NCBI GenBank assembly: GCA_030614005.1
Contig: JAUWKS010000041.1
Span: 1 to 29,538, forward strand
DNA: 29,538 nucleotides
Reading direction: 5' to 3'
From: Candidatus Heimdallarchaeota archaeon
Lineage (GTDB): Archaea > Asgardarchaeota > Heimdallarchaeia > JABLTI01
Shown piece by piece: positions 26,838-29,538 of this stretch. Below the pieces are notes generated by a model, which did no database searches, had not been told where the DNA came from, and worked only from the letters and a program-made list of their open reading frames with translations. Position numbers and translations under genes: made by a program. The stretch's first letter is position 1. Every line of letters starts with the position of its first letter.

Positions 26838-27704
26838 GAAGGATTGATGGATGCCATTATGGCAATAATTGATCCTGGAGATGAAGTTATTCTACCAACA
26901 CCAACATATTCGACTCATATTCGTCAAGTTATTATTGCTTCAGGCATACCCGTGCTAGTACCTTTGAATGAAGAAGAAGGATTTGCTCTTGATATTGAAG
27001 CAATTAAAAAGGCGATAACTCCTAAAACAAAAGCAATTTTATATTGTTCCCCAAATAATCCTACTGGGACAGTATTTAGTGAGAAGGAACTACGACAGCT
27101 TGCTGCTCTTGCTCTTGAGAATAATTTAATGATTATTACAGACGAGGCCTACGAATATTTTGTCTATGATAATCATAAACATTTTAGTATTGGTTCTATC
27201 CCTGAAATGAAAAAAAATGTCGTTAGTTGTTTTACTTTTACTAAAACTTATGCAATGACAGGTTGGAGAATTGGTTATTTACAGGCAGATGATGCATTAA
27301 TACCTCAGATAAAAAAAGCCCACATACCTTTTGCTATTTGTGCTCCTGTAGTCTCTCAATATGCAGCTCTAGCAGCTTTGAAAGGTCCTCAAGATTGCAT
27401 TACTGAATTCAGAGATCACTATCTTAAGACCCGTGATTTAATGTGTGACCGTCTTGATCAACTCAGTTCAATCTTTCAATATGTTAAACCAGCTGGTTCA
27501 TATTTAATGTTCCCAAAAATAGTCCATGAGGAGGGGCAAGATTCCATGGCATTCTGTAAAAAATTACTGAAAGAAGCTAAAGTTTCTACAACTCCAGGTA
27601 TCGCATTTGGACCAACAGGTGAAAGTCACTTGAGATTATCATTTTGTGTTCCCGAAGAGCAAATTAATAAGGCATTTGATCGAATGGAAGTATATTTCAA
27701 ATAG
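26535..27704 (+). CDS. Class I/II PLP-dependent aminotransferase (AspC-like)
   Basis: GYSTNAGILELR, SPNNPTG, IITDEAY, FTKTYAMTGWRIGY (PLP Lys), PGIAFG, HLRLSF. Confidence 0.95.
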   Translation: MSNNWRASNRVKQIQKSAIHEMTRLSKEIDDVSFLSWAKPTSDAPKHINDGAIKAINEGLVGGYSTNAGILELRQEIVKKLKRDNNIPATPDQIIVTVGAIEGLMDAIMAIIDPGDEVILPTPTYSTHIRQVIIASGIPVLVPLNEEEGFALDIEAIKKAITPKTKAILYCSPNNPTGTVFSEKELRQLAALALENNLMIITDEAYEYFVYDNHKHFSIGSIPEMKKNVVSCFTFTKTYAMTGWRIGYLQADDALIPQIKKAHIPFAICAPVVSQYAALAALKGPQDCITEFRDHYLKTRDLMCDRLDQLSSIFQYVKPAGSYLMFPKIVHEEGQDSMAFCKKLLKEAKVSTTPGIAFGPTGESHLRLSFCVPEEQINKAFDRMEVYFK

Positions 27705-27729
27705 CCTTATTTTTTTAATTATTTTAGAC

Positions 27730-28824
27730 TTACATTCTGAAATTTTTCCCAAAATACATTAATTCATAGATTACTGTAGAGTCGCAATGTTCTTTCTTTC
27801 CATCTTTTTCTAAAACCAATTCAGCTTTTCCCACAAAACGGTGGTACCAAGGATTTTTACCGATTTGTTTGAGAAATAAGTGAGGACTATTTCCCAATAG
27901 TAAACTTTGGAGTACCAGATCTTTATTTCGTTGTAGATTCAAAGTAAATTTAATTCTTTCATCATCATAATTGAAGGCTAATAAATTTGAAACCATTTTT
28001 TTGCTCTTCGGATGTTTTTCGGTTTGTTTGTACGAAACAGTTAGTTTTTCGGGATCACTAGCTAAAATATTTTTCTTATCTAGTAATAATACGAATGGCT
28101 TTTGTTTGAAGTTGTATTCTTTTTTTGTAACCAAATTACCTGTAAGTAGAATATAATCACCAATGCGGGTTCTTGCCCAGTACCAATGGTTAAACAAACT
28201 GCTAGGGTCAGCATTTCCCCAGTTATGATCATGGTATCCATGACCTGTGATTTGCCTCTTTTTTCCATTAATAGTTAAAGAACCGGAAACTTTTCCAAAA
28301 GGAACTGAGGGAAACCAAGCAAAGTATTTCTCTTTCTCCGTTGCGTTTTTTTGAAAATAGAGGAACCCATTATCAGTTCTCTTCCCTAGTTGAGTCAAAT
28401 TTTCTAGCTTAATTTCAGCAACGATGGTTTTAGTGGCAGCTTTTATTTCATATGTCTTTAAATCTCCAATGAAATAATTATCTTTTATCCGAACCTCACA
28501 TTGTTCTTTTGAGCTTGAGTAATTTTTCTTCCACTTTTTTTCGAGGCAAAATTCTCGAGTAGTTGTACCCTTAGGGTCTGTATAATCAATTATAATAAGA
28601 GGAGTTGTCGGAGAATGAGTGTCAAAATATGGTTTTGGTCCAAAAATAATGACGAGCACTGAACCATCATCTAATTCTGCATCAAAATACCACCACTCAA
28701 AGTGCTCTTTGTCAATAGGAACCCTTTGACCATCTTCCCACATTTCGGGGATTTGTTTCATTCCCTCTTTCTCAAAGTGTTGAATTTTATTACCTGAGTA
28801 TACTTTAGGTTCAAAAGATTTCAT
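27730..28824 (-). CDS. CrtC/kievitone-hydratase-like (lipocalin-like fold) protein
   Basis: EWWYFDAELDDG and GHGYHDHNWG motifs typical of the CrtC/AttH/Svf1-type superfamily. Confidence 0.75.
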   Translation of the reverse strand: MKSFEPKVYSGNKIQHFEKEGMKQIPEMWEDGQRVPIDKEHFEWWYFDAELDDGSVLVIIFGPKPYFDTHSPTTPLIIIDYTDPKGTTTREFCLEKKWKKNYSSSKEQCEVRIKDNYFIGDLKTYEIKAATKTIVAEIKLENLTQLGKRTDNGFLYFQKNATEKEKYFAWFPSVPFGKVSGSLTINGKKRQITGHGYHDHNWGNADPSSLFNHWYWARTRIGDYILLTGNLVTKKEYNFKQKPFVLLLDKKNILASDPEKLTVSYKQTEKHPKSKKMVSNLLAFNYDDERIKFTLNLQRNKDLVLQSLLLGNSPHLFLKQIGKNPWYHRFVGKAELVLEKDGKKEHCDSTVIYELMYFGKNFRM

Positions 28825-29070
28825 AAGAGAATAAACTATCTTTCTAATATTTAAGATTCTCTTTTTTGCAGAATAGTTGTTTTAAATTAGTTTTTGTTAT
28901 TTAAAAAACGAACTATGAAAATTAATGATAAAATCTTCTTTTTTGAGACTATTTTTTAAAAGCAACTGCAACAATTGATTTATTTTATTCTTTAGTAGAA
29001 CCTTTATATTTAACCGATAGTGAATGCTTTTAGATTTAAATTATTGAATTTAAATTAGGAAACATATTGA

Positions 29071-29538
29071 ATGACCGAAGTTACTAGAAGCATTGATGAT
29101 CCTTATTTGTTATTAGCTGAAACATTAAACACTGTACCAATGGGTTTCCCAACAGTTGAGGATGGCACTCACCTGAGAGTTTTAGAATATATCTTTGAGC
29201 CCGAGGAAGCATTACTGGCTAGCAAATTAAAACTCCTGGGTGAAACTAAAGAGAATTGGCAAAACGAATAAAGATGCCACTTGATCAACTAGAAAAAATG
29301 CTCAAGATAATGTATAAGAAAGGTCAACTTCGTAAGTTTATAGATAAAAAAGGAGATATCAAATATGGGTTGTTTCCATTTGTCCCTGGTATCTATGAAG
29401 AACAAATTAAGCGATTAGATGTAGAATTAGTTGAGTTAATTGAAGAATATCTCCTAAAAAGCAAAGGTGACATTGTCTTTACTTCAGACCCACCAATCTT
29501 TCGTGTTTTGCCGATAAATAAAGTAATCAAAACTGAGC
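29071..29538 (+). CDS. N-terminal part of a probable 4Fe-4S protein/oxidoreductase; frameshift at 29248-29250; runs off the window
   Basis: YLLLAETLNTVPMGFP...LEYIFEPEEA; adding one A continues ELAKRIKMPLDQLEKMLKIMYKKG...YGLFPFVPGIYEEQ, open to the edge. Fe-S motifs would lie beyond the window. Confidence 0.7.

Noticed and set aside
1193-28268. Short overlapping or antisense track ORFs (e.g. 1193, 1571, 1774, 5588, 5848, 6056, 7046, 8551, 9305, 9941, 11133, 12015, 12474, 12759, 15233, 15509, 20980, 23995, 24421, 26089, 27971, 28080)
   Set aside because: They overlap well-supported genes, have no recognisable motifs and show shadow-frame composition.
29034-29056. Repeated atttaaatta upstream of the last gene as an operator
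   Set aside because: Pure A/T motif in an AT-rich intergenic region; expected by chance.
3914-29250. Programmed ribosomal frameshifting at the four broken genes
   Set aside because: No shared slippery heptamer or downstream structure seen; unrelated gene families; all are simple run-shortening, which error explains better.

Overview
AT-rich archaeal window, most likely an Asgard archaeon. This is inferred from a Rab/Arf-like small GTPase, many signal-peptide/C-terminal-anchor surface proteins, zinc-ribbon membrane proteins and two tungsten AORs; taxonomy cannot be proven from the window. No rRNA, tRNA, CRISPR array, integrase or transposase was recognised. The core is anaerobic redox and lipid-related metabolism: DegV, an Fe-S aldo/keto reductase, Fe-ADH plus an AOR fused to a C-terminal SCP2-like lipid-binding domain, a stand-alone PKS-type dehydratase with a degenerate PPTase-like tail, a canonical AOR, a PLP aminotransferase and a CrtC-like hydratase. 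Accessory genes include a HEAT-repeat/Schlafen (AlbA_2) fusion. Best leads: (1) the ADH + AOR-SCP2 operon; (2) a frameshift-hidden small GTPase fused in frame to a V4R/Bet3-like domain; (3) the HEAT-Schlafen candidate defence gene; (4) the PKS DH/pseudo-PPTase; (5) nested diverged direct repeats bracketing a 5.9 kb and a 0.8 kb gene module, with many gene stubs nearby. Four genes carry single-base deletions in short base runs, most likely assembly errors.
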